From NCBI RefSeq assembly GCF_051903065.1, contig NZ_CP178438.1: a stretch of 64,000 nt of DNA; one strand, given 5' to 3'. Every line of letters begins with the position of its first letter. Within the stretch, counting starts at the first letter, position 1. The position numbers and the translations under genes are program-made. This document shows positions 30,089-42,213 of the stretch, piece after piece. The notes under the pieces were generated by a model, which was given only the letters and a program-made list of their open reading frames with translations, was not told where the DNA came from and did not search any database. The DNA comes from Escherichia coli (GTDB lineage Bacteria > Pseudomonadota > Gammaproteobacteria > Enterobacterales > Enterobacteriaceae).

Positions 30089-30349
30089 TTAAATTCCTAA
30101 TTTATCAAATAAATCATCGGCGTCTTTGGCCTTATGAACATCAACGCCAGCTTCGCTGTTTTTGATTGATTGAATGGTTAATTGATTAGGCTCGCGTAAA
30201 TCAAACGGCAATGCCTTTTCACGCGCGACCTTTGTGAGGGTTATGCGAACCAGGTCAGAGATGGTCAGCCCCATCCCGGCCAGTACGTCCGCCGCCTGAT
30301 TCTTCAGATCTTCATCGATTCGGGCGCGAACAAACGCGTTAGCAGCCAT
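30089..30349 (-). CDS. dinJ: Antitoxin DinJ
   Basis: 86 aa, matches DinJ; 2-bp spacing to yafQ. Confidence 0.95.
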   Translation of the reverse strand: MAANAFVRARIDEDLKNQAADVLAGMGLTISDLVRITLTKVAREKALPFDLREPNQLTIQSIKNSEAGVDVHKAKDADDLFDKLGI

Positions 30350-30365
30350 TGGGGTATCTCCTGTG

Positions 30366-30381
30366 CTGTATATTTATTCAG
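30366..30381. promoter_or_regulatory. LexA box upstream of dinJ
   Basis: CTGTATATTTATTCAG (CTGT-N8-CAG) 17 bp upstream of the dinJ start. Confidence 0.7.
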
Positions 30382-30558
30382 CTTGAATTGTAGCTCAAAT
30401 GAGCAACAGCGACAATCTATGAGTAATTTAATAAACGGATGTTTTTACATAATTAACTGAAATATATTTATTAATTTTATAATAATGGTTTATTAAGTTT
30501 GTTCAGGTACGGGCCGGGATACACTGTAACATCAATGCATGACCAGCCATTATTCAAT

Positions 30559-31308
30559 ATGTCCTTGCCATCGATTCCATCCTTTGTATTGTCGGGATTA
30601 CTGTTGATTTGTTTGCCGTTTTCTTCATTTGCCAGCGCCACCACATCACATATCTCTTTCAGCTACGCCGCCCGCCAGCGGATGCAAAACCGTGCGCGTT
30701 TATTAAAACAGTACCAAACCCATCTGAAAAAGCAGGCCAGCTATATTGTGGAAGGCAATGCCGAAAGCAGAAGGGCGCTGCGCCAGCACAACCGCGAACA
30801 GATAAAACAGCATCCAGAATGGTTTCCTGCGCCGCTCAAGGCGAGTGACAGACGCTGGCAGGCGCTGGCGGAAAACAACCACTTTTTAAGCAGCGACCAT
30901 TTGCATAACATTACCGAAGTGGCGATTCACCGCCTGGAGCAGCAGCTTGGCAAGCCTTACGTCTGGGGCGGCACGCGGCCTGATAAAGGCTTTGACTGTA
31001 GCGGGTTGGTTTTTTATGCCTACAACAAGATCCTCGAGGCGAAGCTCCCGCGTACGGCTAATGAGATGTATCACTACCATCGGGCAACGATTGTGGCGAA
31101 TAACGACCTGCGCCGGGGAGATTTGCTGTTTTTCCATATCCACAGCCGCGAGATTGCCGACCATATGGGGGTGTATCTGGGCGATGGGCAATTTATCGAG
31201 TCGCCGCGTACGGGGGAAACCATTCGGGTAAGCCAGTTAGCAGAACCTTTCTGGCAGGATCATTTTTTAGGCGCGCGCCGGATTTTGACGGAAGAGACGA
31301 TTTTGTAG
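30559..31308 (+). CDS. yafL: NlpC/P60-family peptidase YafL
   Basis: NlpC/P60 Cys-His core (DCSGLVFYAY...HMGVYLG); start placed at MSLPSIPSF. Confidence 0.85.
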   Translation: MSLPSIPSFVLSGLLLICLPFSSFASATTSHISFSYAARQRMQNRARLLKQYQTHLKKQASYIVEGNAESRRALRQHNREQIKQHPEWFPAPLKASDRRWQALAENNHFLSSDHLHNITEVAIHRLEQQLGKPYVWGGTRPDKGFDCSGLVFYAYNKILEAKLPRTANEMYHYHRATIVANNDLRRGDLLFFHIHSREIADHMGVYLGDGQFIESPRTGETIRVSQLAEPFWQDHFLGARRILTEETIL

Positions 31309-31395
31309 GACGGATAAGGCATTCACGCCGCATCCGGCAGTTGTACGCAGGTGCCTGATGCGACGCTGGCGCGTCTTATCATGCCTACGAGCCCG
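31309..31395. repeat. REP elements (left of rayT)
   Basis: GGATAAGGCATTCACGCCGCATCCGGCA ... GCCTGATGCGACGCTGGCGCGTCTTATCATGCCTAC. Confidence 0.85.
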
Positions 31396-31483
31396 CGAAT
31401 ATTTGCGAGCCGCTTTCCCGATATAAAACAACCTCATTGCCAACCTTTCCTTTTCTTCTTACCGTTGAGAAAAAGGAGTCGCT

Positions 31484-31981
31484 ATGTCTGAATATCGTCG
31501 TTATTACCTCAAGGGGGGAAGCTGGTTTTTCACGGTGAATTTACGGAATCGTCGAAGCCAACTTTTGACTACCCAGTACCAGACGCTCCGTAACGCCATT
31601 ATTAAAGTTAAGCGAGCCAGACCTTTTGAAATTAATGCCTGGGTAGTTTTGCCGGAGCATATGCATTGCATATGGACATTACCCGAAAGCGATGATGATT
31701 TTTCCTCCCGCTGGCGGGAGATTAAAAAGCAGTTCACCCATGCTTGCGGATTGAAAAATATCTGGCAACCGCGTTTTTGGGAGCACGCCATTCGCAATAC
31801 CACAGATTATCGCCATCATGTTGATTATATTTATATAAATCCAGTGAAACATGGCTGGGTAAAGCAGGTGAGAGATTGGCCATTCTCAACGTTCCATCGC
31901 GATGTCGCGCGAGGGTTATATCCCATCAATTGGGCGGGAGACATAACGGATTTGAGCGCTGGGGAGCGTATCATTTTATAA
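31484..31981 (+). CDS. rayT: REP-associated tyrosine transposase RayT (TnpA_REP)
   Basis: 165 aa, matches RayT/YafM; flanked by REP clusters. Confidence 0.9.
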   Translation: MSEYRRYYLKGGSWFFTVNLRNRRSQLLTTQYQTLRNAIIKVKRARPFEINAWVVLPEHMHCIWTLPESDDDFSSRWREIKKQFTHACGLKNIWQPRFWEHAIRNTTDYRHHVDYIYINPVKHGWVKQVRDWPFSTFHRDVARGLYPINWAGDITDLSAGERIIL

Positions 31982-31990
31982 TTTTGCGCT

Positions 31991-32100
31991 GGTGCCGGAT
32001 GTGCTTACGCTTATCCGGCCTACGAATCGTGCTTTAACGGTAGGCCGGATAAGGCGTTCACGCCGCATCCGGCAATTGTGCACCAATGCCGGATGCGCCC
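31991..32100. repeat. REP elements (right of rayT)
   Basis: Inverted REP pair GCCGGATAAG...GCCGCATCCGGCA. Confidence 0.85.
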
Positions 32101-32112
32101 CTTAAAGGCCAA

Positions 32113-33843
32113 TCAACTCAACGCCCCCATAATCTTCAACTCCAGCTCATCCGGCACTTCGTTATACGACAGCACATGCAGCCCCGGCGCAAACAATCTT
32201 GCATAACGCGCCAGCAAAGGGCGCAGCTGCGGCGGCACCAGCAGCACCGGGTCTTTCCCCGCTGCTTTCATCTGCTCCTTCACCTGCGGCATCGTGCTCT
32301 GGAACTGGTTGAGCATGTTCGGGTCGACCGGCACGCTGTCGAGCATCACTTTACCGCCCTGTTGCGCCTGATTCACCACATTGGTGAGCAGATTTTCCAG
32401 CTCATTATTCAGCGTATACACCGTCAGCTCCTGCTTGCGAACGAACGGATGGGTAATGCTGCGCCGCAGCGCCAGGCGTACATCGACCGCCAGCAGAATA
32501 TGATCTTTAGTCACCGCGCTACTGGCGACCAGCACGGTGGCGATGGTGACGATATCGCGCAGGGAAACGCCTTCGGTCAGTAGTGTGCGGTACACTTTCA
32601 GCAACTGGCTGTAATTCAGCGCCGCGCTTAAGTCTTCTGCCAGGCGCGGTGCCATCGACGACAAACGGTTATGCAACTGTGTGATGTCGTCATAGTTAAA
32701 CAAATCAGGAATATAGCTGCGTACAATCTTATTCACATGGGTGGCAATCACGCTGGCGCTGTCGATCACCTGATACCCCATATTCAGCGCCTTCGCTTTC
32801 TGCGCAGGCTGGATCCAGGTCACCGGCATCCCGTACGCCGGGTCGTTCCCCAGCACGCCGTCAATCTCGCCGTAGGTTTCGCTGGAGGGCAGGGCCATCA
32901 GTTTATCCGCCGGAATATCCGCTTCATCAGCCTTAATGCCGTTGATGAAAATAGCGTACTGGCTGGGCTTAAGGCGGAAGTTTTCCCGAATGCGGATCTC
33001 CGGCAGCAGCACGCCGTTGCCGTCGGATATCACCTGTCGCACGCCGCGAATACGCTGGGTGAGCGGGTTGCCCTGGGCTTTGTCCACCAGCGCCACCAGC
33101 TTGTAACCGAGGCTTAAACTGATAGGCTCGATCAGCGGTATCGTTTCCCAACTGACCTGTTGCTCGCTGGTTTCGGTGATGGTGCGGGTCAGCGTTTCGA
33201 GACTTTTCTCCTCCGCCTCCGCTGCCTGCGGGCGTTTGCTCATCCGCCAGCCGGTAAAGCCAAGCAGGGCGCTGAACAGCAAAAACGGCAGATGCGGCAT
33301 TCCCGGCACCACCGCCAGCACAAACATAATCCCGGTGGCGGTGTAGAGCACCGACGGGCTTGCCAGCAGCTGGTGGCGCACGTCATGGGCGATATCGCCG
33401 TTGTCGCTGACGCGGGTGACGATAATCGCCGCCGCGGTGGAGAGCAGCAGGGAAGGGATCTGCGCCACCAGCCCGTCGCCGATGGTCATCAGCACATATT
33501 GCTGGAAGGCAGCATCGGCGCTCAGGTTGTATTTGAAGATCCCGATACAGACACCGCCGATCAGGTTGATCGCCAGAATCATCATCCCGGCGATGGCGTC
33601 CCCGCGCACAAACTTTGATGCCCCGTCCATCGCGCCGTAGAAATCGGCCTCGCTGGCGACATCTTTACGCCGGGTTTGCGCCTGCGCCTGGTTGATCAAC
33701 CCGGCGTTAAGGTCGGCGTCAATCGCCATCTGTTTGCCGGGCATCGCGTCCAGGGTAAAGCGGGCAGAAACCTCGGAAATACGCTCGGCCCCTTTGGTGA
33801 CGACGATAAAGTTGATTGTCAACAGCGTCAGTAAATCCGAGCG
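32113..33843 (-). pseudogene. lfhA: Flag-2 flhA homologue remnant, 5'-truncated
   Basis: FlhA-like from about residue 135 onward (VTKGAERISEVSARFTLDAMPGKQMAIDADLNAGLI...); N-terminal membrane region absent. Confidence 0.8.
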
Positions 33844-34582
33844 TGAAAGCATTATCGCCGCGCTGCACGGGCAGTCGATTTTCAACGGTGGCGGGTTGTC
33901 GCCGTTAAATAAAATCAGCCCGTCTCATCCGCCAAAACCTGCCACCGTGGCGGTGCCGGAAGAGACGGAGAAAAAAGCGCGCGACGTCAACGAGAAAACG
34001 GCGCTGCTGAAGAAGAAATCCGCCACCGAGCTTGGTGAGCTGGCAACCAGTATCAACACCATTGCCCGTGATGCGCATATGGAAGCGAATCTGGAGATGG
34101 AGATTGTCCCGCAGGGATTACGCGTGCTGATTAAAGACGACCAGAATCGCAATATGTTCGAACGCGGCAGCGCGCAGATTATGCCGTTCTTTAAAACGCT
34201 GCTGGTGGAGTTAGCGCCAGTGTTCGACTCGCTCGATAATAAAATTATTATTACCGGGCATACCGATGCGATGGCCTACAAAAACAATATCTACAACAAC
34301 TGGAACCTTTCGGGTGACCGCGCGCTTTCGGCTCGTCGGGTGCTGGAAGAGGCCGGAATGCCGGAAGATAAAGTGATGCAGGTAAGCGCAATGGCGGACC
34401 AGATGCTGCTGGATGCCAAAAATCCGCAAAGCGCGGGCAATCGGCGTATTGAGATTATGGTGCTGACCAAAAGTGCGTCCGATACGCTGTATCAATACTT
34501 TGGTCAGCATGGGGATAAAGTGGTGCAGCCGCTGGTGCAAAAGCTGGATAAGCAGCAGGTGCTTTCGCAGCGAACGCGCTAA
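33844..34582 (+). pseudogene. lafU: Flag-2 motB-like remnant, 5'-truncated (junction coordinate approximate)
   Basis: OmpA/MotB C-domain (IIITGHTDAM...NWNLSGDRALSARRVLEEAG...NRRIEIMVL); no MotB N-terminal TM segment. Confidence 0.7.
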
Positions 34583-34620
34583 ATGCTGAATCTTTACGCA
34601 TTTCTCAAACCCTGAAATCA

Positions 34621-34636
34621 CTGTATACTTTACCAG
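34621..34636. promoter_or_regulatory. LexA box upstream of dinB
   Basis: CTGTATACTTTACCAG 17 bp upstream of the dinB ATG. Confidence 0.8.
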
Positions 34637-34652
34637 TGTTGAGAGGTGAGCA

Positions 34653-35708
34653 ATGCGTAAAATCATTCATGTGGATATGGACTGCTTTTTCGCCGCAGTG
34701 GAGATGCGCGACAATCCCGCCCTGCGCGATATCCCTATTGCTATTGGCGGCAGCCGCGAACGTCGGGGGGTGATCAGCACCGCCAATTATCCCGCGCGTA
34801 AATTTGGCGTACGCAGCGCTATGCCGACAGGGATGGCGCTCAAATTATGCCCACATCTCACCTTGCTTCCGGGGCGCTTTGACGCCTACAAAGAAGCCTC
34901 AAATCATATCCGTGAAATCTTCTCGCGCTACACCTCTCGCATTGAGCCGTTGTCACTGGATGAGGCTTATCTCGATGTCACCGACAGCGTCCATTGCCAC
35001 GGTTCTGCGACCCTCATCGCCCAGGAAATCCGCCAGACGATTTTCAGCGAGCTGCAACTGACGGCGTCTGCGGGCGTGGCGCCAGTAAAGTTTCTCGCCA
35101 AAATCGCCTCCGACATGAATAAACCCAACGGCCAGTTTGTGATTACGCCGGCAGAAGTTCCGACATTTTTACAAACCTTACCACTGGCAAAAATCCCCGG
35201 CGTCGGCAAAGTCTCGGCGGCAAAACTGGAAGCGATGGGGCTGCGGACCTGCGGTGATGTACAAAAGTGTGATCTGGTGATTCTGCTTAAACGCTTTGGC
35301 AAATTTGGCCGCATTTTGTGGGAGCGTAGTCAGGGGATTGACGAGCGCGACGTTAACAGCGAACGGTTACGAAAATCCGTCGGCGTGGAACGCACGATGG
35401 CGGAAGATATTCATCACTGGTCTGAATGTGAAGCGATTATCGAGCGGCTGTATCCGGAACTTGAACGCCGTCTGGCAAAGGTAAAACCTGATTTACTGAT
35501 TGCTCGCCAGGGAGTGAAATTAAAGTTCGACGATTTTCAGCAAACCACTCAGGAGCACGTCTGGCCGCGGCTGAATAAAGCTGACTTAATCGCCACCGCG
35601 CGTAAAACCTGGGATGAACGCCGCGGCGGGCGAGGTGTGCGACTGGTGGGGCTGCATGTGACGTTGCTTGACCCGCAAATGGAAAGACAACTGGTGCTGG
35701 GATTATGA
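34653..35708 (+). CDS. dinB: DNA polymerase IV
   Basis: 351 aa, [20 protein letters not shown]... Confidence 0.97.
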   Translation: MRKIIHVDMDCFFAAVEMRDNPALRDIPIAIGGSRERRGVISTANYPARKFGVRSAMPTGMALKLCPHLTLLPGRFDAYKEASNHIREIFSRYTSRIEPLSLDEAYLDVTDSVHCHGSATLIAQEIRQTIFSELQLTASAGVAPVKFLAKIASDMNKPNGQFVITPAEVPTFLQTLPLAKIPGVGKVSAAKLEAMGLRTCGDVQKCDLVILLKRFGKFGRILWERSQGIDERDVNSERLRKSVGVERTMAEDIHHWSECEAIIERLYPELERRLAKVKPDLLIARQGVKLKFDDFQQTTQEHVWPRLNKADLIATARKTWDERRGGRGVRLVGLHVTLLDPQMERQLVLGL

Positions 35709-36157
35709 ATAACATACAAATAAGAAACTATCAGCCTGGCGATTTTCAGCAACTATGCGCTATTTTCATTAGAGCGGTTATGATGACCGCCAGTCAGCAT
35801 TATTCACCACAACAAATTGCCGCCTGGGCGCAGATTGACGAATCTCGCTGGAAGGAGAAACTCGCGAAATCACAAGTGCGGGTTGCAGTCATTAATGCAC
35901 AACCGGTTGGTTTTATTTCCCGCATTGAACATTATATCGATATGTTATTTGTTGACCCTGAATACACCCGCCGTGGGGTTGCCAGTGCTTTGTTAAAACC
36001 TTGGATTAAGTCTGAATCCGAACTTACGGTGGACGCCAGCATAACCGCAAAACCCTTTTTTGAACGTTATGGTTTTCAGACAGTTAAGCAGCAGCGCGTT
36101 GAATGCCGGGGAGCGTGGTTTACTAATTTTTCTATGCGATATAAACCGCAACATTAA
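35705..36157 (+). CDS. yafP: GNAT-family acetyltransferase YafP
   Basis: 150 aa; ATG overlaps the dinB stop (ATGA). Confidence 0.85.
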   Translation: MNNIQIRNYQPGDFQQLCAIFIRAVMMTASQHYSPQQIAAWAQIDESRWKEKLAKSQVRVAVINAQPVGFISRIEHYIDMLFVDPEYTRRGVASALLKPWIKSESELTVDASITAKPFFERYGFQTVKQQRVECRGAWFTNFSMRYKPQH

Positions 36158-36462
36158 ATCCAGCTTGCAAGGAAAATAACGCCCGCTTGGTATGTGCGCG
36201 TTTTCTTATTCCACAAACTGCAAGGAGGTAAATCATGACAAATCCTTTATCAATGACTCTTTGCAGACCTTTCCAGGATTAATTCTTTTTTTCTTGCCCT
36301 GGATTCGTCTGCCATTTCCTGATTTTTATATTTATATACTCTAAATAATTCGAGTTGCAGGAAGGCGACAAGCGAGTGAATCCCCAGGAGCTTACATAAG
36401 TAAGTGACTGGGGTGAACGAACGCAGTCGCAGTTCATGCAACTTGAAGTATGACGAGTATAA

Positions 36463-37011
36463 ATGGAATGGTACATGGGCAAATATATTCGTCCCTTATC
36501 CGATGCGGTATTTACCATCGCATCTGATGACCTGTGGATCGAGAGTTTAGCGATCCAACAATTACACACCACGGCAAATTTACCCAACATGCAGCGCGTA
36601 GTGGGGATGCCAGATTTACACACCCCGGACGCGGCTACCCGATTGGCGCAGCGTTCTTCTCTGTTGGTCGTTTTTACCCGGCAAGACGTCGCGGTAACGG
36701 TGCTGGAAACCGAAGCCGGGCGTTATCCTGACACGCTGCGTTCGTCGGGGCCGGGCGGTCAACATGTCAATAAAACCGACTCGACGGTACGCGCCACGCA
36801 TTTGGCATCCGGTATTAGCGTGAAGGTTCAGTCAGAGCGTAGTCAGCATGCTAACAAGCGGCTGGCACGATTGCTGATTGCCTGGAAGCTGGAGCAACAG
36901 CAACAGGAAAATAGCGCAGTGCTGAAATCGCAGCGGCGAATGTTCCATCACCAGATTGAACGTGGCAACCCGCGACGGACATTCACAGGGATGGCTTTTA
37001 TCGAAGGATAA
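36463..37011 (+). pseudogene. prfH: rtcB'-prfH' fusion remnant (release-factor homologue RF-H with GGQ motif, truncated)
   Basis: N-terminal ~50 aa resemble the RtcB N-terminus (...VVGMPDLH...); the rest is release-factor-like ([20 protein letters not shown]...). Confidence 0.6.
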
Positions 37012-37023
37012 TGAAGGATGAAA

Positions 37024-37055
37024 CTGCCGGAAGGCGATTAAACGCCATCCGGCAG
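37024..37055. terminator. Palindromic hairpin between prfH' and pepD (bidirectional terminator-like)
   Basis: CTGCCGGA...TCCGGCAG with inner GGCG/CGCC. Confidence 0.5.
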
Positions 37056-37067
37056 CAAATCAAATAA

Positions 37068-38525
37068 TTACTTCGCCGGAATTTCTTTCAGCAGTTCAGT
37101 CAGCAGTGTCCAGTAATGACCTACGCTTTCGATGTGAACTTGCTCATCCGGAGAGTGTGGACCGGTGATTGTTGGCCCGATAGAAACCATGTCCATTTCC
37201 GGATACGGTTTTTTGAACAGACCACATTCCAGGCCCGCGTGGATAATCTGGATGTTCGGCGTCTTGTTGAACAGGCGCTGATAGGTTTCACGTACCAGAT
37301 GCATCACCGGAGAATTAGCGTCCGGCTGCCAGCCAGGATATGCGCCTTTTGCTTCGGTTTTCGCGCCAGCCAGTTTACCCAGCGAATCCAGCATGCTCAC
37401 CACGTAGTCTTTACCGCTGTCGATCAGAGAACGGATCAGGCAGTGAATTTCTACGTTATTGTCAGTCATGGTCACCACACCGACGTTCAGGGAGGTTTCG
37501 ACCACACCTTTTGCCACGTCGGAATTGCGGATCACACCGTTCGGGGTGGCGTTCAGCAGACGAATAAAGGTATCGCGAGATTTCGCAATCAGGGCAGCTT
37601 TATCGTTCGCAACAGAGTCCAGCAGCAATGCCAGATTCTTCTCTTTTTCTGCCAGCTCGTTTTTCAGGATCTCCTGATAGGTATTCACCAGAGATTTCAG
37701 TGCGTCGACTTTATCAGCTGCGACAGCAATGGTCGCAAAGGCTTCACGCGGGATGGCGTTACGCAGTGTACCGCCGTTGAAATCGATAAGGCGCAGATCC
37801 AGTTCTTCTGCATGACCCGCCAGGAAGCGCACCAGCAGTTTGTTGGCATTACCGAGGCCAACGTGGATTTCACCGCCGGAGTGACCGCCTTTCAGACCTT
37901 TTAAGGTTAACTTGAAGGTTTCAAAACCAGCTGGAACCGCTTCACGATCTAAATGCAGGTTGGAGGTGAAGTCGATACCCCCCGCGCAACCCATGTAGAT
38001 TTCACCTTCTTCTTCGGAGTCGGTGTTAATCAGAATATCAGCCTGCAACCAGTTGCTCTGTAAGCCAAAAGCACCGTCCATACCGGCTTCTTCGGTCATG
38101 GTCAGCAGCACTTCCAGCGGACCGTGAACCACGTTTTCGTCAGCCAGAACCGCCAGTGCAGAGGCCATACCAATGCCGTTATCCGCACCCAGCGTGGTGC
38201 CGCGCGCTTTAACCCATTCGCCATCAATATAAGGCTGGATAGGATCTTTCGTGAAGTCATGCACGGTGTCGTTATTTTTCTGCGGCACCATATCGAGGTG
38301 GGCCTGCAAGACGACCGGTTTACGATTTTCCATACCTGCTGTAGCAGGTTTACGAATCAGGATATTACCTACCTGATCGCGTTCGACATGGAAACCTTTC
38401 TCTTTTGCCCAACCAACAATGTATTCAGCGAGTTGCTCTTCATGATAGGACGGGTGAGGAATAGAACAGATTTTGGCAAAAATATCCCACAGCGGCTGTG
38501 GAGATAATTGAGACAGTTCAGACAC
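37068..38525 (-). CDS. pepD: Cytosol nonspecific dipeptidase PepD
   Basis: 485 aa, matches PepD. Confidence 0.97.
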   Translation of the reverse strand: MSELSQLSPQPLWDIFAKICSIPHPSYHEEQLAEYIVGWAKEKGFHVERDQVGNILIRKPATAGMENRKPVVLQAHLDMVPQKNNDTVHDFTKDPIQPYIDGEWVKARGTTLGADNGIGMASALAVLADENVVHGPLEVLLTMTEEAGMDGAFGLQSNWLQADILINTDSEEEGEIYMGCAGGIDFTSNLHLDREAVPAGFETFKLTLKGLKGGHSGGEIHVGLGNANKLLVRFLAGHAEELDLRLIDFNGGTLRNAIPREAFATIAVAADKVDALKSLVNTYQEILKNELAEKEKNLALLLDSVANDKAALIAKSRDTFIRLLNATPNGVIRNSDVAKGVVETSLNVGVVTMTDNNVEIHCLIRSLIDSGKDYVVSMLDSLGKLAGAKTEAKGAYPGWQPDANSPVMHLVRETYQRLFNKTPNIQIIHAGLECGLFKKPYPEMDMVSIGPTITGPHSPDEQVHIESVGHYWTLLTELLKEIPAK

Positions 38526-38785
38526 GTTAAGTCTCCTTGTCGATCACCCGCAAAACAGTATTGCAGGTCACAGGGTTAGCAGAAAATGTTGTCAACACAA
38601 GACAGGCTTGCGAGATATGTTTGAGAATACCACTTTATCCCGCGTCAGGGAGAGGCAGTGCGTAAAAAGACGCGGACTCATGTGAAATACTGGTTTTTAG
38701 TGCGCCAGATCTCTATAATCTCGCGCAACCTATTTTCCCCTCGAACACTTTTTAAGCCGTAGATAAACAGGCTGGGACACTTCAC

Positions 38786-39244
38786 ATGAGCGAAAAATAC
38801 ATCGTCACCTGGGACATGTTGCAGATCCATGCACGTAAACTCGCAAGCCGACTGATGCCTTCTGAACAATGGAAAGGCATTATTGCCGTAAGCCGTGGCG
38901 GTCTGGTACCGGGTGCGTTACTGGCGCGTGAACTGGGTATTCGTCATGTCGATACCGTTTGTATTTCCAGCTACGATCACGACAACCAGCGCGAGCTTAA
39001 AGTGCTGAAACGCGCAGAAGGCGATGGCGAAGGCTTCATCGTTATTGATGACCTGGTGGATACCGGTGGTACTGCGGTTGCGATTCGTGAAATGTATCCA
39101 AAAGCGCACTTTGTCACCATCTTTGCAAAACCGGCTGGTCGTCCGCTGGTTGATGATTATGTTGTTGATATCCCGCAAGATACCTGGATCGAACAGCCGT
39201 GGGATATGGGCGTCGTATTCGTCCCGCCAATCTCCGGTCGCTAA
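38786..39244 (+). CDS. gpt: Xanthine-guanine phosphoribosyltransferase
   Basis: 152 aa, matches Gpt. Confidence 0.97.
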
Positions 39245-39335
39245 TCTTTTCAACGCCTGGCACTGCCGGGCGTTGTTCTTTTTAACTTCAGGCGGGTTAC
39301 AATAGTTTCCAGTAAGTATTCTGGAGGCTGCATCC

Positions 39336-40580
39336 ATGACACAGGCAAACCTGAGCGAAACCCTGTTCAAACCCCGCTTTAAACATCCTGAAACCTCGAC
39401 GCTAGTCCGCCGCTTTAATCACGGCGCACAACCGCCTGTGCAGTCGGCCCTTGATGGTAAAACCATCCCTCACTGGTATCGCATGATTAACCGTCTGATG
39501 TGGATCTGGCGCGGCATTGACCCACGCGAAATCCTCGACGTCCAGGCACGTATTGTGATGAGCGATGCCGAACGTACCGACGATGATTTATACGATACGG
39601 TGATTGGCTACCGTGGCGGCAACTGGATTTATGAGTGGGCCACCCAGGCGATGGTGTGGCAACAAAAAGCCTGTGCGGAAGAAGATCCGCAACTCAGTGG
39701 TCGTCACTGGCTGCATGCGGCTACGTTGTACAACATTGCCGCCTATCCTCATCTGAAAGGAGATGACCTGGCCGAGCAAGCGCAGGCTTTGTCAAACCGC
39801 GCCTATGAAGAGGCCGCTCAGCGTCTGCCGGGCACGATGCGGCAGATGGAGTTTACCGTACCTGGCGGTGCGCCCATCACCGGCTTTTTGCATATGCCGA
39901 AAGGCGATGGCCCGTTCCCGACGGTATTAATGTGTGGTGGTCTGGATGCGATGCAGACGGACTATTACAGCCTGTATGAACGTTATTTTGCGCCGCGCGG
40001 CATTGCGATGCTGACTATTGATATGCCGTCGGTGGGCTTTTCTTCAAAATGGAAGCTCACCCAGGACTCCAGCCTGTTGCATCAGCACGTCTTAAAGGCA
40101 CTGCCTAACGTACCGTGGGTGGATCACACTCGCGTCGCGGCCTTTGGTTTCCGTTTCGGCGCTAACGTTGCCGTGCGTCTGGCATACCTTGAATCACCGC
40201 GTCTGAAAGCGGTTGCCTGTCTTGGTCCGGTAGTTCATACCCTGTTGAGTGATTTTAAGTGCCAGCAACAGGTGCCGGAAATGTATCTTGACGTTCTGGC
40301 CAGTCGTTTGGGGATGCATGATGCTTCCGACGAAGCGTTGCGCGTGGAGCTGAATCGCTATTCATTAAAAGTGCAAGGATTGCTGGGACGTCGCTGCCCA
40401 ACGCCAATGTTATCAGGCTACTGGAAGAACGATCCGTTCAGCCCGGAAGAGGACTCACGCTTAATCACCTCATCATCTGCTGACGGTAAATTATTAGAGA
40501 TCCCATTTAACCCGGTGTATCGGAATTTTGACAAAGGTCTTCAGGAAATCACAGAATGGATCGAAAAACGTTTGTGTTAA
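39336..40580 (+). CDS. frsA: Esterase FrsA
   Basis: 414 aa, matches FrsA. Confidence 0.95.
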   Translation: MTQANLSETLFKPRFKHPETSTLVRRFNHGAQPPVQSALDGKTIPHWYRMINRLMWIWRGIDPREILDVQARIVMSDAERTDDDLYDTVIGYRGGNWIYEWATQAMVWQQKACAEEDPQLSGRHWLHAATLYNIAAYPHLKGDDLAEQAQALSNRAYEEAAQRLPGTMRQMEFTVPGGAPITGFLHMPKGDGPFPTVLMCGGLDAMQTDYYSLYERYFAPRGIAMLTIDMPSVGFSSKWKLTQDSSLLHQHVLKALPNVPWVDHTRVAAFGFRFGANVAVRLAYLESPRLKAVACLGPVVHTLLSDFKCQQQVPEMYLDVLASRLGMHDASDEALRVELNRYSLKVQGLLGRRCPTPMLSGYWKNDPFSPEEDSRLITSSSADGKLLEIPFNPVYRNFDKGLQEITEWIEKRLC

Positions 40581-41039
<459 letters not shown>

Positions 41040-41048
41040 GTGAAATGT

Positions 41049-41069
41049 GCCGGATGCATCACATCCGGC
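41049..41069. terminator. Bidirectional terminator hairpin between crl and phoE
   Basis: GCCGGATG-catca-CATCCGGC between convergent genes. Confidence 0.65.
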
Positions 41070-41077
41070 AATAATCA

Positions 41078-42133
41078 TTAAAACTGATAGGTCATGCCAA
41101 CCGCGACAATATCATCATTATTAATATTCAATTTGTTATCGCTATCCAGTTGGTTGATTTTATAATCAACAAACGCTGACATATTTTTGTTGAAATAATA
41201 TGTAGCCCCGACATCGATATAATTGACCAGATCTTCATCACCGATACCTTCAATATCTTTCCCTTTCGATAAGACATAACCCAGCGATGGACGCAGACCA
41301 AAATCAAACTGGTATTGAGCGACCGCTTCAAAGTTCTGTGTCTTATTGGCAAAGCCGCCAGTTATTGGCGTCATTTTGCGTGTTTCAGAATAAAAAGTTG
41401 CCAGATAAATATTATTGGCATCGTATTTCAGACCTGTAGCCCATGCTTCTGCACGCTTGCCTGTGCCACGGCTTTGCAGGTTCTGCTCGTTGGTGCGATC
41501 TGAGTTGGTATAGGCCCCACTAATGGCGAAATCGCTGCCGCCAAAGTCATATGTCAATGACGTGCCGAAGCCATCGCCGTTTTGCTTTTTAACGTCGCGG
41601 TTTTCGTTTTTCCCTTGATATTGCAGGGTTAAGTTCAGGCCATCGATAACGCCGAAGAAGTCGGTGTTCCGATACGTCGCCAGACCGCTGGCGCGTTTGG
41701 TCATAAAGTTGTCGGTCTGCGCCGAGGAGTCGCCACCAAATTCCGGGAACATATCGGTCCAGGCTTCCACGTCATACAACGCGCCCAGGTTACGACCATA
41801 ATCGAAAGAACCCAAATCTTTATATTTCAACCCGGCAAAAGCGAGACGCGTTTTTTGCTGTGCAGTATCACTCTCCGCTTTATTACCGGCAAACTCCGCT
41901 TCCCAGCGGCCATAACCAGTCAGTTGATCGTTAATTTGTGTTTCGCCTTTAAAACCAAAACGGATATAACTCTGGTCGCCATCTTTACTGTCATTATCAC
42001 TCATATAATGCATGGCTTTAACTTTGCCATAGACATCCAGTTTATTACCGTCTTTGTTATATACTTCTGCGGCCTGTACGGATGCAGATGCCACAATGCC
42101 CATCACCACTAATGCCAGAGTGCTCTTTTTCAT
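41078..42133 (-). CDS. phoE: Outer-membrane phosphoporin PhoE
   Basis: Porin sequence; start at [21 protein letters not shown]. Confidence 0.95.
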   Translation of the reverse strand: MKKSTLALVVMGIVASASVQAAEVYNKDGNKLDVYGKVKAMHYMSDNDSKDGDQSYIRFGFKGETQINDQLTGYGRWEAEFAGNKAESDTAQQKTRLAFAGLKYKDLGSFDYGRNLGALYDVEAWTDMFPEFGGDSSAQTDNFMTKRASGLATYRNTDFFGVIDGLNLTLQYQGKNENRDVKKQNGDGFGTSLTYDFGGSDFAISGAYTNSDRTNEQNLQSRGTGKRAEAWATGLKYDANNIYLATFYSETRKMTPITGGFANKTQNFEAVAQYQFDFGLRPSLGYVLSKGKDIEGIGDEDLVNYIDVGATYYFNKNMSAFVDYKINQLDSDNKLNINNDDIVAVGMTYQF

Positions 42134-42213
42134 TTTCATTCCTGATTTTAATTAACGCGCGAATATTCAGCGGGAGAGTCCCGTTGAAAACAGGAAAGTT
42201 TTTAACCTGAGAT

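Noticed and set aside
36250-36623. Minus-strand ORFs of 63 and 114 aa in the ykfJ/prfH region
   Set aside because: Antisense to the rtcB/prfH remnant, no start signals; the region is a decayed pseudogene locus.
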